Part shown: positions 26,289 through 35,414 of the stretch, piece after piece
Layout: each line of letters begins with the position of its first letter
Numbering within the stretch: the stretch's first letter is position 1
Source: an uncultured Prevotellaceae bacterium
GTDB taxonomy: Bacteria; Bacteroidota; Bacteroidia; Bacteroidales; Bacteroidaceae
Assembly (NCBI GenBank): GCA_945828295.1
Contig: CALZQV010000001.1
Coordinates: forward strand, 1-47,952
Length of the DNA stretch: 47,952 nt
Direction: 5' to 3'
The notes under the pieces: generated by a model
Database searches by the model: none
Told to the model about the DNA's origin: nothing
What the model saw: only the letters and a program-made list of their open reading frames with translations
Translations under genes and position numbers: made by a program

Positions 26289-29174
26289 TTATTTGATGAG
26301 AATTTTCTTGCCGTTGACGATGTAGAGGCCGCGTGAGGGATTAGCTACGCGACGGCCCTGTAGGTCGTAGATGCCCGAGGGGGCCGATTCCTGCCCGGCG
26401 GCCATGATGGTCTGGATGCCGGTGCCGGTGCCCTTCGAGAAGTCGGTGACGCGGTTGGCCATCGTGTTGAGGGCACGCACGTCGGAGGCCGACATCTCGC
26501 GGTTGTATATCATCACGTCGTCGAAATAGCAGTCGGCCGAGCCCCAGAACGAGCCCAGGCCCAGGTAGAAGTATCTCATGGAGGCCACCTTGGCCACTAC
26601 GTTCGCGATGGGCAGTTCCTTGACCTTCGTCACGCCCGAGCTGGCAGAGATGGCGTGGGCCACCTTGCTCGTGCCGTTGATGTAGGTGCGGACGCCGCCG
26701 TCGGGGCCAACGGTAACGGTGACCAGTGTCCACGTGCCCACGGGGATGTCGGTATAGGTGCCGTTGACGGGATGGTTGATGTCGAACCACTCCGAGGCGT
26801 TGTCGTTGTATCCCATGTAGTTATTGCCGGTCAGGAACAGGCGGGGGCCGGAGGCCGATGCGCTGGTGCTGTTGAAGAAGCCCCACAGGGCATCATACTG
26901 GTTGGCGTCGGTGCGCTTCACCCACATGCTTACGGTGAAGCCCGTGAGCCCTTCGGCGCCGTAGAGCGGGTTCTCCATGCGCGTGTAAGAACAGTTCTTC
27001 TGGTCGCCGAAATACTGGTGAACGACCTGTCCGAAGCGGTCATAGTCGCTGGTGAGGTCGGGTTTCACGCCCGAGCCGGCTGAGAGGAAGCGTGTGCGCT
27101 GCTCGCTGTTGTAGGCGTTGTAGCAGGGCGACTCGTCCATGTTGTAGTAGGCCAGCATGCCCGTCAGGTAGTCGCCCGAGGGGGTTGTGGCCCGCTGTGC
27201 CGTCACGTCGTAGCTGTCCTCCCAGTAGTAGTCGCCACAGCTGAGGCGTGCCGTCAGGGTGACGGGGACGGCCTCCTCGCGGGGCGCATACTTGCCGGTT
27301 TCGCTGATGACGTCGGGCTCCGACGAGGTCCACTTCAGCACGGCATTGTCGGTGGTGGGGAACATCAGGCTCAGGTTCTTGCTGACGTTGTATCCGTTCT
27401 TCACGGCGATGGTGTTGTTGACGTAGTTCCAGGCCACGGAGTACTTGGGCTTGAGCTTATAGCCCCAGATGGGAACTCCGTTCGTGGCCACGGCCGTAAA
27501 GGCGAGGGCCTTCATGGGCGAGGTCATGTAGTTGCGGGTGGTGGCGCCGTTGACTTCCTGTTCGACGAGCACACCGAAGTACGACACCGTGCCCAGTCGC
27601 AGGGTGATGTACGAGGTGCCTTCCTTCACCTCCCACGTGCCCGTCTGGGCTCCGGTCACCGTTCCGTCGGCCTCCAGGGTAATTTCCGTGGGTGTTATCT
27701 CCTGGAAGTTGGCGTGGTCCATCTTGTAGGGGTGGAGCATGAAGTGATAGGTTCCCACGACCTCATCGGCGGGGATGGCCGTCGTGGCGATGTCGGCGTC
27801 GGTCGTCGTCTCGCCGCGGTAGCAGAAGGGGGCACAGACGAGCCAGTCGAGGCTGTTGAGGAAGAGCTGATGCACGCGCACCTGATGTCCGAAGGTGCCG
27901 TCGTTGAACTTCGTGTGGTAGACCACGAACGAGCGGCCCTTACCGTCCTGACAGGCCGAGTTGTGGCCCTGGGCACATTCGCCCACGTCCTGCAGTCCCC
28001 AGCCGTTGTAGGCTCCCAGCAGTTTCAGGCCGCGGTTGGTGGTGGCGCCCGGGCCCACGTTGTACGCTCCGCCCGTGTAGGTGGCCAGCGTGCCCTGTGC
28101 ATCGACGTAGGGCCCGTCGGGGTTCTTCGAGCGGAACAGGCGCATCTCGTAGCCGCCGTCGGGCGCAAAGCCGCCGTAGCTCATGAACAGGTAGTAGTAC
28201 TGGCCGATGTGCTGGATGTAGGGGCCCTCGCCGCTGACGTAGTATCCGCCGGCTATCTTCTTGCCGAAGTAGGGGTCGCTCAGTCCGTTGGCGCCCTTCG
28301 ATTCGTATTCCGAGGGGTAGGTATAGGTGTAGTCGCGCAGACCGGTCGTCTTGTCGAGTTTGAGCATGAAGATGCCGCCGCTCCACGAGCCGTAGGCCAT
28401 CCACAGCTCGCCCTCTTCGTCGAAGAAGACGCAGGGGTCGATGCAGTTGGGCCAGAAGGTTCCCCAGCTTCCGCCCTGGTTGTAGCGCGCGGGCAAACTG
28501 GATTGCGCCCCGAGGGCAATGGCCATGTCGGTGTTCTTATACGATGGTGCGGCAATGTAGTTTCCGTTGCCATCCTTGTGGCTGCCGCCCGTGAATCCAC
28601 CCATCACGACGGGGCCCTGGTAGGTGAACGGGCCGGTGGCCGAGGGAGCCGTGAGCAGGATGATGACCGACGACCAATTGTCGCCGTTCAGGCTCAGGTA
28701 CATACACCACTTCCCCATGGTCTCGTTATAGACGATGTCGGGGGCCCACATGTCGCCAGCTACCCACGTTTGCTTATCCGCGGCATACCACGAGCACCAG
28801 GCCTCGCCGTCAATCTGCGGGAAGTCCACCGTCTCACCCTTGTAGTTCACGACGGTCTTCACGGCCTGCTCGTTGAAGGCTGTATTAAAGTCGCAGAGCG
28901 TGCCGTCGGGCTTGGCAAAGGTTTGGTTGTCGGCCACCAGCCCGGTGAAGTTGATAAGATTGTTGCTGCGGGCCACACCAAGGTGGGAGCCCCAGATGTA
29001 GAACATACCGTCGCGGTAGACCACCGACGGGTCGTGGATGCTCACTACCGAGCCGTTCGTCTGGGTCGTCATCGTCTTCATCTCGCTCGACGTCAGGGCC
29101 GTCTGTGCCCCTGCCGGGGAGAAAGACCACGAAAGAAGAATCGCTGCTAAAAGGGTTGTCTGCTTGTTTCTCAT
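26289..29174 (-). CDS. GH43-family glycoside hydrolase with Ig-like and LamG/concanavalin-like domains and a T9SS C-terminal sorting domain
   Basis: GH43 motifs SIHDPSVVY and MWAPDIVY. LamG-like YFDDVMIYNREMSASDVRAL. C-terminal domain GIYDLQGRRVANPSRGLYIVNGKKILIK. The ATG at 29174 gives signal peptide MRNKQTTLLAAILL...; the ORF-track GTG is at 29189. Confidence 0.85.
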   Translation of the reverse strand: MRNKQTTLLAAILLSWSFSPAGAQTALTSSEMKTMTTQTNGSVVSIHDPSVVYRDGMFYIWGSHLGVARSNNLINFTGLVADNQTFAKPDGTLCDFNTAFNEQAVKTVVNYKGETVDFPQIDGEAWCSWYAADKQTWVAGDMWAPDIVYNETMGKWCMYLSLNGDNWSSVIILLTAPSATGPFTYQGPVVMGGFTGGSHKDGNGNYIAAPSYKNTDMAIALGAQSSLPARYNQGGSWGTFWPNCIDPCVFFDEEGELWMAYGSWSGGIFMLKLDKTTGLRDYTYTYPSEYESKGANGLSDPYFGKKIAGGYYVSGEGPYIQHIGQYYYLFMSYGGFAPDGGYEMRLFRSKNPDGPYVDAQGTLATYTGGAYNVGPGATTNRGLKLLGAYNGWGLQDVGECAQGHNSACQDGKGRSFVVYHTKFNDGTFGHQVRVHQLFLNSLDWLVCAPFCYRGETTTDADIATTAIPADEVVGTYHFMLHPYKMDHANFQEITPTEITLEADGTVTGAQTGTWEVKEGTSYITLRLGTVSYFGVLVEQEVNGATTRNYMTSPMKALAFTAVATNGVPIWGYKLKPKYSVAWNYVNNTIAVKNGYNVSKNLSLMFPTTDNAVLKWTSSEPDVISETGKYAPREEAVPVTLTARLSCGDYYWEDSYDVTAQRATTPSGDYLTGMLAYYNMDESPCYNAYNSEQRTRFLSAGSGVKPDLTSDYDRFGQVVHQYFGDQKNCSYTRMENPLYGAEGLTGFTVSMWVKRTDANQYDALWGFFNSTSASASGPRLFLTGNNYMGYNDNASEWFDINHPVNGTYTDIPVGTWTLVTVTVGPDGGVRTYINGTSKVAHAISASSGVTKVKELPIANVVAKVASMRYFYLGLGSFWGSADCYFDDVMIYNREMSASDVRALNTMANRVTDFSKGTGTGIQTIMAAGQESAPSGIYDLQGRRVANPSRGLYIVNGKKILIK

Positions 29175-29215
29175 ATTTTGCGCGTACACGTTTATTTATT
29201 TAAGGTAAATTAAGA

Positions 29216-29223
29216 CAAATGTA
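29216..29223 (-). promoter_or_regulatory. -7 box TACATTTG for the GH43 gene string
   Basis: The reverse complement of CAAATGTA matches TAnnTTTG, about 42 nt upstream of the ATG at 29174. Confidence 0.5.
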
Positions 29224-29275
29224 CGATAAATCGACGAAAAGCACAAGCATTTGCCCCAATATTCCACCGCAAAAA

Positions 29276-29406
29276 TGCAATCCCTGCACACCATTCTATA
29301 TTCATCGGGCGATGAATATACAAACATCGTTCGATGCGCGTACATTCATCGGCGGCGGTTTTACATTCGTCGGGCGATGAATATACTTTGCCATGCAGGG
29401 CTTGCA
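29276..29406. repeat. Phased palindrome array bracketed by a 13-bp inverted repeat
   Basis: TATTCATCG-GG-CGATGAATA (29298-29317, perfect 9-2-9), CATCG-TT-CGATG (29325-29336), ATTCATCGG (29344-29352) and ATTCGTCGGGCGATGAAT (29365-29382). The inverted repeat is TGCAATCCCTGCA (29276-29288) and TGCAGGGCTTGCA (29394-29406). Confidence 0.8.
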
Positions 29407-29470
29407 ATTTGGCGCCGGAGGGATTGCAAAAAGGCCCGGCATTTTTCGCAACTATGTCGCATTTTTTGCT

Positions 29471-29478
29471 TATCTTTG
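29471..29478 (+). promoter_or_regulatory. -7 box TATCTTTG for topB
   Basis: Matches TAnnTTTG, 35 nt upstream of the ATG at 29513. Confidence 0.55.
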
Positions 29479-29512
29479 TCGTTGGAAAAGAACGTAAAAG
29501 AAGAGGCAAGGC

Positions 29513-31375
29513 ATGATAGTTTGCATAGCAGAGAAACCTTCGGTGGGCCGCGACATTGCCCACGTGCTGGGCGCCACGCAGCAGCGCGACGGCTACATGG
29601 AGGGCAACGGCTACCAGGTGACGTGGACCTTCGGCCACCTGTGCGAACTGAAGGAGCCTCACGAATACAACCCCCTGTGGAAGCAGTGGAGCCTGGGCCA
29701 GCTGCCCATGATACCGCAGCGCTTCGGCATCAAGCTGAAGAGCGACAAGGGGGTTGAGAAGCAATTCAACACCATCAAGCGCCTCATGCTTGCGGCCGAG
29801 CGCATCATCAACTGCGGCGATGCCGGCCAGGAGGGCGAACTCATACAGCGATGGGTCATACAGATGACCGGCGCCCGCTGCCCCGTGCAGCGGCTGTGGA
29901 TATCGTCGCTGACCGAGGAGGCCATCCGCGAGGGGTTCCAGAGCCTGAAGGACCAGAGCGAATACCAAAGCCTGTATGAGGCCGGACTGAGCCGCGCCAT
30001 CGGCGACTGGACACTGGGCATGAACGCCACCCGCCTCTACACGAAGAAGTATGGCGCATCGACGAGCCAGGAGAAGCACGTGCTCAGCATCGGGCGCGTG
30101 CAGACCCCCACGCTGGCTCTCATCGTGAAGCGGCAGCAGGAGATTGAGAACTTCGTGCCCGTGCCCTACTGGGTGCTCACGACAAAATACCGCGACGTGC
30201 TCTTCAGCCTCTACCTGCCCGAGCAGGAGAAAGAGCAAAAAAAGCCCATTTCATCGGAGAAAAAGGAGAAACAGGCCGGTGGCGAAACATCCTTCAAGAC
30301 ACGCGAGGAGGGTGAGGCCGCGCTGGCTGCCATACGGGAGTTGCCCTTCACCGTCACGAAGGTTGAGAAGAAGAAGGGCACCGAGGCCCCACCCCGCCTG
30401 TTCGACCTCACGGCGCTGCAGGTGGAGTGCAACAAACGCTACGGCTTCTCGGCCGACACGACGCTGCAGCTCATCCAGAGCCTCTACGAGAAGAAGTACA
30501 CCACCTACCCGCGTGTCGACACCACCTTCCTGCCCGACGACGTCTACCCCAAGTGCCCGCAAATCATGAACGGACTGCGCAACTACTTCCACCTCATGGA
30601 ACGCATCAAGGGGAAGCCGCTGCAGAAGAGCAAGAAGGTGTTTGACAACAAGAAGGTGACCGACCACCACGCCATCATCCCCACCGGCGTGCCGGCCCAG
30701 GCCATGACCGACGCCGAAGCCAAGGTCTACGACCTCATTGCGCGCCGTTTCATCGGCATTTTCTATCCCGACTGCACGTTCGACACGACGAACGTCTTCG
30801 GCCAGGTGGGCGACATCCAGTTCAAGGCTACGGGCAAGCACATCACCGACGCGGCATGGCACATCCTGTGGCAGCGCGACGACTCGGACGAGCAAAAGGG
30901 CAACGAGGAAAAGACACTGCCCGAGTTCACCAAGGGCGAAAGCGGCCCCCACACGCCCGAACTCGCCGAGAAACAGACCACGCCGCCCAAGCCATACACC
31001 GAGGCCACGCTCCTGCGCGCCATGGAGACGGCAGGCCGCTTCGTCGACGACGAGGAACTGCGCGACGCACTGAAGGAGAACGGCATCGGCCGCCCCTCAA
31101 CCCGCGCGGCCATCATCGAAACGCTCTTCAACCGCAAGTACATACGTAAGGAAAAGAAGAACCTCATCGCCACGCCTACCGGCATCGAGCTCATCGGGCT
31201 CATACACAACGAACTGCTGAAGAGCGCCGAGCTCACGGGACAGTGGGAGCGCAAGCTACGCCTCATCGAAAGCCAGAAGTACGAGGCCCGCCAGTTCATC
31301 GACGAACTGAAGCAGATGGTCACCGAGCTGGTCATCTCCGTGCTCTCCGACAACGGGCAGGCTAAGATTAACTGA
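29513..31375 (+). CDS. topB: DNA topoisomerase III (type IA)
   Basis: Toprim N-terminus MIVCIAEKPSVGRDIA and active-site Tyr region YTTYPRVDT. 620 aa. Confidence 0.88.
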   Translation: MIVCIAEKPSVGRDIAHVLGATQQRDGYMEGNGYQVTWTFGHLCELKEPHEYNPLWKQWSLGQLPMIPQRFGIKLKSDKGVEKQFNTIKRLMLAAERIINCGDAGQEGELIQRWVIQMTGARCPVQRLWISSLTEEAIREGFQSLKDQSEYQSLYEAGLSRAIGDWTLGMNATRLYTKKYGASTSQEKHVLSIGRVQTPTLALIVKRQQEIENFVPVPYWVLTTKYRDVLFSLYLPEQEKEQKKPISSEKKEKQAGGETSFKTREEGEAALAAIRELPFTVTKVEKKKGTEAPPRLFDLTALQVECNKRYGFSADTTLQLIQSLYEKKYTTYPRVDTTFLPDDVYPKCPQIMNGLRNYFHLMERIKGKPLQKSKKVFDNKKVTDHHAIIPTGVPAQAMTDAEAKVYDLIARRFIGIFYPDCTFDTTNVFGQVGDIQFKATGKHITDAAWHILWQRDDSDEQKGNEEKTLPEFTKGESGPHTPELAEKQTTPPKPYTEATLLRAMETAGRFVDDEELRDALKENGIGRPSTRAAIIETLFNRKYIRKEKKNLIATPTGIELIGLIHNELLKSAELTGQWERKLRLIESQKYEARQFIDELKQMVTELVISVLSDNGQAKIN

Positions 31376-31451
31376 CCACCACACCAATCCCATAATCGAG
31401 GCATAGCAGGCACGGGGACACAATATTTCGCGGGCGCGTGCGTTATATATT

Positions 31452-33569
31452 ATGGTAAAGCCGCACGCCGTGGAAAGAAATCATTTCAATAAAAGCGCTG
31501 AACAAAGAAGAAACGGGGGCATCAGGTTGCTCCTGTGCCTCGTCGCTTTTGTCGCGGCCCACATCGTGCTCACCGGCTGCGGAGCCGACCAGAACATCAA
31601 GAAAGGCGACGCCCACTACGCCATAGGCGAATACTTCGACGCCGCTGCCGAATACAAGAAAGGCTACAGCCGCACCTCGACCAAGGAAAAGGCCAAGCGA
31701 GGCGAACGCGCCTGGAAGATGGCCGAGTGCTACCGCCGCATCAACTTCGCGGCAAAGGCCATCGGCGCCTATCAGAACGCCATCCGATACGGCTACCCCG
31801 ACTCGATGGCCGTACTGCGCCTGGCACAGATGCAACACCGACAGGGCGACTACAAGAATGCCGCCAAGAACTACCAGCACTTCCTCGACTTCGTGCCCAA
31901 CGACGAGCGCGCCCTCCGCGGACTGCAAAGCTGCACGCAGGCCCCCATCTGGAAGAAGAAACCCACGCTCTACACCGTGAAGAAGGAGCCCATACTGAAC
32001 TCGCGGCGCACCGACTTCTGCCCCGCCCTCTACGGCGACGAGTGGGACCAGCTCTACCTCTCCACCACCCGCCCCCAGGCCTCGGGCAACGAAATGAGCG
32101 GCATCACAGGCATGAAGGCCGGCGACCTCTTCCTCTCGAAGAAAGACGAGAAGGGCAAATGGCAGGCTCCCGAGGCCCTTGAGTCGGAGGTGAACAGCGA
32201 ATACGACGAAGGTGCCTGCTGCTTCTCGCCCGACGGAAAGACGATGTACTTCACACGCTGTGGCCACGACCCCAGCTATCCCCGATACGCCCAAATCTAC
32301 ACCAGCAGCCGCAGCGACGCCTCATGGGGCAAGCCCACCCTGCTGGAAATCAGCAAGGACACCCTATCGAGCTATGCCCACCCCGCCGTCTCGCCCGACG
32401 GCCACTGGCTCTACTTCGTGAGCGACATGCCAGGCGGACTGGGAGGCCTCGACATCTGGCGCATCGCCATCACCGACGGCGGACTGGGCGGCGTGGAGAA
32501 CCTTGGCGAACCCATCAACAGCGAAGGTGACGAGATGTTCCCCGTCTTCCGACCCAACGGCGACCTCTACTTCTCGAGCAACGGCCACGTGGGCATGGGC
32601 GGGCTCGACATCTTCTGCGCCAAGCAGGACAGCACCGAACAGTGGACCGTGGAAAACCTGAAGGTGCCCATGAACTCGGCAGGCGACGACTTCGGCATCA
32701 CCTTCGAGGGGCTCCACAACCGCGGATTCTTCTCCACCAACCGAGGCGACGCGCGCGGCTGGGACCACATCATGTCGTTCGTGTGCCCCGAAGTGCTGCA
32801 GACCGTGAAGGGGTGGGTCTACGAAAAAGACGGCTACGAACTGCCCGAAGGACTCGTCTACATGGTGGGCAACGACGGCACGAACCTCAGGCTGAGCGTG
32901 CGCGGCGACGGCTCGTTCGAACAGGAAATAAAGCCTAACGTCGACTACCTGTTCCTGGCTACCTGCAAGGGTTACCTCAACCACAAGGAGGAACTGCGCA
33001 TCGACACCAGCTCCGTCAGCCGCCAGTTCACGCTCCAGTTCCCCCTGGCCAGCATCACGGCTCCCGTGCTCGTGCGCAACGTCTTCTACGAATTCGACTC
33101 GGCCGAACTCACCCCCAACAGCACCCAGGCGCTGGACTCGCTCGTCGACCTGCTGCGCGAGAACCCCAACATCACCATCGAGCTGGCCAGCCACTGCGAC
33201 TATCGCGGCCCCGACGCCTACAACGAGCGCCTGAGCCAGCGCCGCGCCGAAAGCGTCGTGCGCTACCTCATCGAGCACGGCATCGAGGAAGACCGCCTGA
33301 GCCCCGTCGGATACGGCGAGGGCCAACCCAAGATTGTCACCCGAAAGATTGCCGAAAACAACGCCTTCCTGCACGAAGGCGACACACTGACAGAGGCCTT
33401 CATACTGGCCATCGAGAACGAAGAGTACCAAGAAATCTGTAATGCACTGAACCGACGCACCGAGTTCCGCGTACTGCGCACGACCTACGGACTCTTCGAC
33501 CGCCCCAAACAATCCGAAACTCCCGCCGAGGCCGAGCCTGCCCGCAAGGACGAAGGCAGCGAGGAATAA
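31452..33569 (+). CDS. OmpA-family lipoprotein with TPR and PD40/TolB-like repeats
   Basis: Lipobox LTGCGAD. PD40-like repeats (SPDGKTMYF, SPDGHWLYFVSD). C-terminal OmpA domain NVFYEFDSAEL...NERLSQRRAESV. Confidence 0.85.
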   Translation: MVKPHAVERNHFNKSAEQRRNGGIRLLLCLVAFVAAHIVLTGCGADQNIKKGDAHYAIGEYFDAAAEYKKGYSRTSTKEKAKRGERAWKMAECYRRINFAAKAIGAYQNAIRYGYPDSMAVLRLAQMQHRQGDYKNAAKNYQHFLDFVPNDERALRGLQSCTQAPIWKKKPTLYTVKKEPILNSRRTDFCPALYGDEWDQLYLSTTRPQASGNEMSGITGMKAGDLFLSKKDEKGKWQAPEALESEVNSEYDEGACCFSPDGKTMYFTRCGHDPSYPRYAQIYTSSRSDASWGKPTLLEISKDTLSSYAHPAVSPDGHWLYFVSDMPGGLGGLDIWRIAITDGGLGGVENLGEPINSEGDEMFPVFRPNGDLYFSSNGHVGMGGLDIFCAKQDSTEQWTVENLKVPMNSAGDDFGITFEGLHNRGFFSTNRGDARGWDHIMSFVCPEVLQTVKGWVYEKDGYELPEGLVYMVGNDGTNLRLSVRGDGSFEQEIKPNVDYLFLATCKGYLNHKEELRIDTSSVSRQFTLQFPLASITAPVLVRNVFYEFDSAELTPNSTQALDSLVDLLRENPNITIELASHCDYRGPDAYNERLSQRRAESVVRYLIEHGIEEDRLSPVGYGEGQPKIVTRKIAENNAFLHEGDTLTEAFILAIENEEYQEICNALNRRTEFRVLRTTYGLFDRPKQSETPAEAEPARKDEGSEE

Positions 33570-33572
33570 GCC

Positions 33573-34331
33573 TCAGAGCTGGGCCGTGAAGGCCAGGCCC
33601 ACGGTGCGGCTCACGGGCTCGTAGGTGGGCAGGAGCACGATGGCCGCCTCGCTCCCAGCCTTGCGCTTGCGCTTGTCGAGCCCGAACCAGCGGCGCTCGG
33701 CAGGCAGCAGCCAATAGGCCGCATGGGTGGCCAGGATGCCCATGCCGGCGCCGGCCACGACGTCGTTGACGTAGCAACGGTCGTTATACATCTGCAACAC
33801 ACCGATGCCCGTAGCAAAGGTATACATGCCCATGCCCCAGGCCCAGCCGCGTTCGATGCGCGTCTGCTCGGCAACCATGAAGGCATTGGCAGTCTTGAAA
33901 GAAGGGAAAGAGTGGTTGGAATGGCCGTCGGGCCGGGGCTCACGCACACAACGGCGCACGACGGGCATGGTGGTATAGAGCAGGGCGTAGCTCGTGGCCT
34001 TCACCATCAGGCGGTCGACAAAGGAGTGCTTGCACCGCGGCCCAAGGGCGATGACGCCGACCTGAGCCGACAGGGTGAGCCACGTCTCCACGTTGGCCTT
34101 ACGGTGAGACCCGCGACCGCGCTGCATGGCATCGCGCACGTCGTACTTCATCTCGCACAGCCGATGGTTGCCCACCGCCACGGCGCCCATGGTAATCATG
34201 GCCGCCGGCACAATAATCTGCTGGGGGCGCACCAAGCGTTCGCGCTCCACCTCGACGGTGTCGGTCTGGGCCCTCACTACGGGGTGCCACATCACCAACG
34301 CCGCGCACAGGAGCAGAACGCGTAGTCGCAT
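33573..34331 (-). CDS. PAP2-like membrane protein with degenerate catalytic motifs
   Basis: REPRPDG and SFPSFKTA (in place of PSGH) and NDRCYVNDVVAG (in place of SR..H...D). The start was moved to the MRLRVLLL signal-like N-terminus. Confidence 0.55.
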   Translation of the reverse strand: MRLRVLLLCAALVMWHPVVRAQTDTVEVERERLVRPQQIIVPAAMITMGAVAVGNHRLCEMKYDVRDAMQRGRGSHRKANVETWLTLSAQVGVIALGPRCKHSFVDRLMVKATSYALLYTTMPVVRRCVREPRPDGHSNHSFPSFKTANAFMVAEQTRIERGWAWGMGMYTFATGIGVLQMYNDRCYVNDVVAGAGMGILATHAAYWLLPAERRWFGLDKRKRKAGSEAAIVLLPTYEPVSRTVGLAFTAQL

Positions 34332-34350
34332 AAAAGGAAATACAGGAAGG

Positions 34351-35364
34351 TTAGCGGCCGACGTTGCCCACACGAATCAGGTATTCGGCAATCTGCACGG
34401 CATTCAGGGCAGCGCCCTTCTTAATCTGGTCGCCCACGAGCCAGAAGGTCAGGCCGTTGGGGTTAGCCAAATCCTTGCGAATGCGACCCACGTAGACGTC
34501 GTCCTTTCCGGCAAGGAAGAGCGGCATGGGGTATACCTTGTTCTTCGGGTCATCCATCAGCTGCACACCCTCGCCCTCGCGAACGGCCTGGGCAAACTCC
34601 TCGGGCGAGACGGGCTTCTCGGTCTCCACCCACACGGCCTCGCTGTGGCTGCGCAGACTGGGCACGCGGACGCACATGGCGGAGCACAGGGCATCGGTGT
34701 GCATGATCTTTTTCGTCTCGTTGAACATCTTCATCTCTTCCTTCGTGTAACCATTGTCCGTGAAGACGTCAATCTGGGGAATCACGTTATAGGCCAGCTG
34801 GTAGGCAAACTTTTCGACCGTGGCGGGCTTGCCATCGAGCACCTCGCGGTATTGCTGTTCAAGCTCGGCCATGGCGGCAGCGCCGGCACCACTGGCGGCC
34901 TGGTACGATGCCACGTGGATGCGGCGTATGTGGCTCAGGCGCTCGAGGCACTGCAGCACGACAACCATCATGATGGTCGTGCAGTTGGGATTGGCTATGA
35001 TGCCACGCGGACGGTTGAGGGCATCCTCGGCGTTGCACTCGGGAACCACCAAGGGCACATCCTCGTCCATGCGGAAGGCGCTGCTGTTGTCAATCATCAC
35101 GGCGCCGTGCTTGGTGATGGTCTCGGCGAAGTCCTTCGACGTTCCGCCACCGGCACTGGTGAAGGCTATGTCAACGCCACGAAAGTCGTCGTTGTGCTGC
35201 AGGAGCTTCACCTCTATCTCCTTACCGCGAAACGTATACTTGCGACCGGCACTGCGCTCGCTGCCAAATAACAGTAACTCATCAATGGGGAAATTTCGCT
35301 CGTCGAGCACTCGCAGGAATTCCTGCCCTACTGCGCCGCTGGCGCCTACAATTGCTACTCGCAT
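34351..35364 (-). CDS. asd: Aspartate-semialdehyde dehydrogenase
   Basis: [17 protein letters not shown]-binding motif and active-site IANPNCTTI. 337 aa. Confidence 0.93.
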   Translation of the reverse strand: MRVAIVGASGAVGQEFLRVLDERNFPIDELLLFGSERSAGRKYTFRGKEIEVKLLQHNDDFRGVDIAFTSAGGGTSKDFAETITKHGAVMIDNSSAFRMDEDVPLVVPECNAEDALNRPRGIIANPNCTTIMMVVVLQCLERLSHIRRIHVASYQAASGAGAAAMAELEQQYREVLDGKPATVEKFAYQLAYNVIPQIDVFTDNGYTKEEMKMFNETKKIMHTDALCSAMCVRVPSLRSHSEAVWVETEKPVSPEEFAQAVREGEGVQLMDDPKNKVYPMPLFLAGKDDVYVGRIRKDLANPNGLTFWLVGDQIKKGAALNAVQIAEYLIRVGNVGR

Positions 35365-35391
35365 AGTCTTATCATTTAGTTAATTACGCTG

Positions 35392-35399
35392 CAAAGTTA
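35392..35399 (-). promoter_or_regulatory. -7 box TAACTTTG for asd
   Basis: The reverse complement of CAAAGTTA matches TAnnTTTG, in the gap between the MFS stop and the asd start. Confidence 0.55.
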
Positions 35400-35414
35400 C
35401 GAATTTATTTGTAA

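Noticed and set aside
29513-31375. Topoisomerase III as a marker of an integrative conjugative element.
   Set aside because: The window has no integrase, relaxase, tra or mob genes and no tRNA or att-like boundary. The flanks are housekeeping-type genes.
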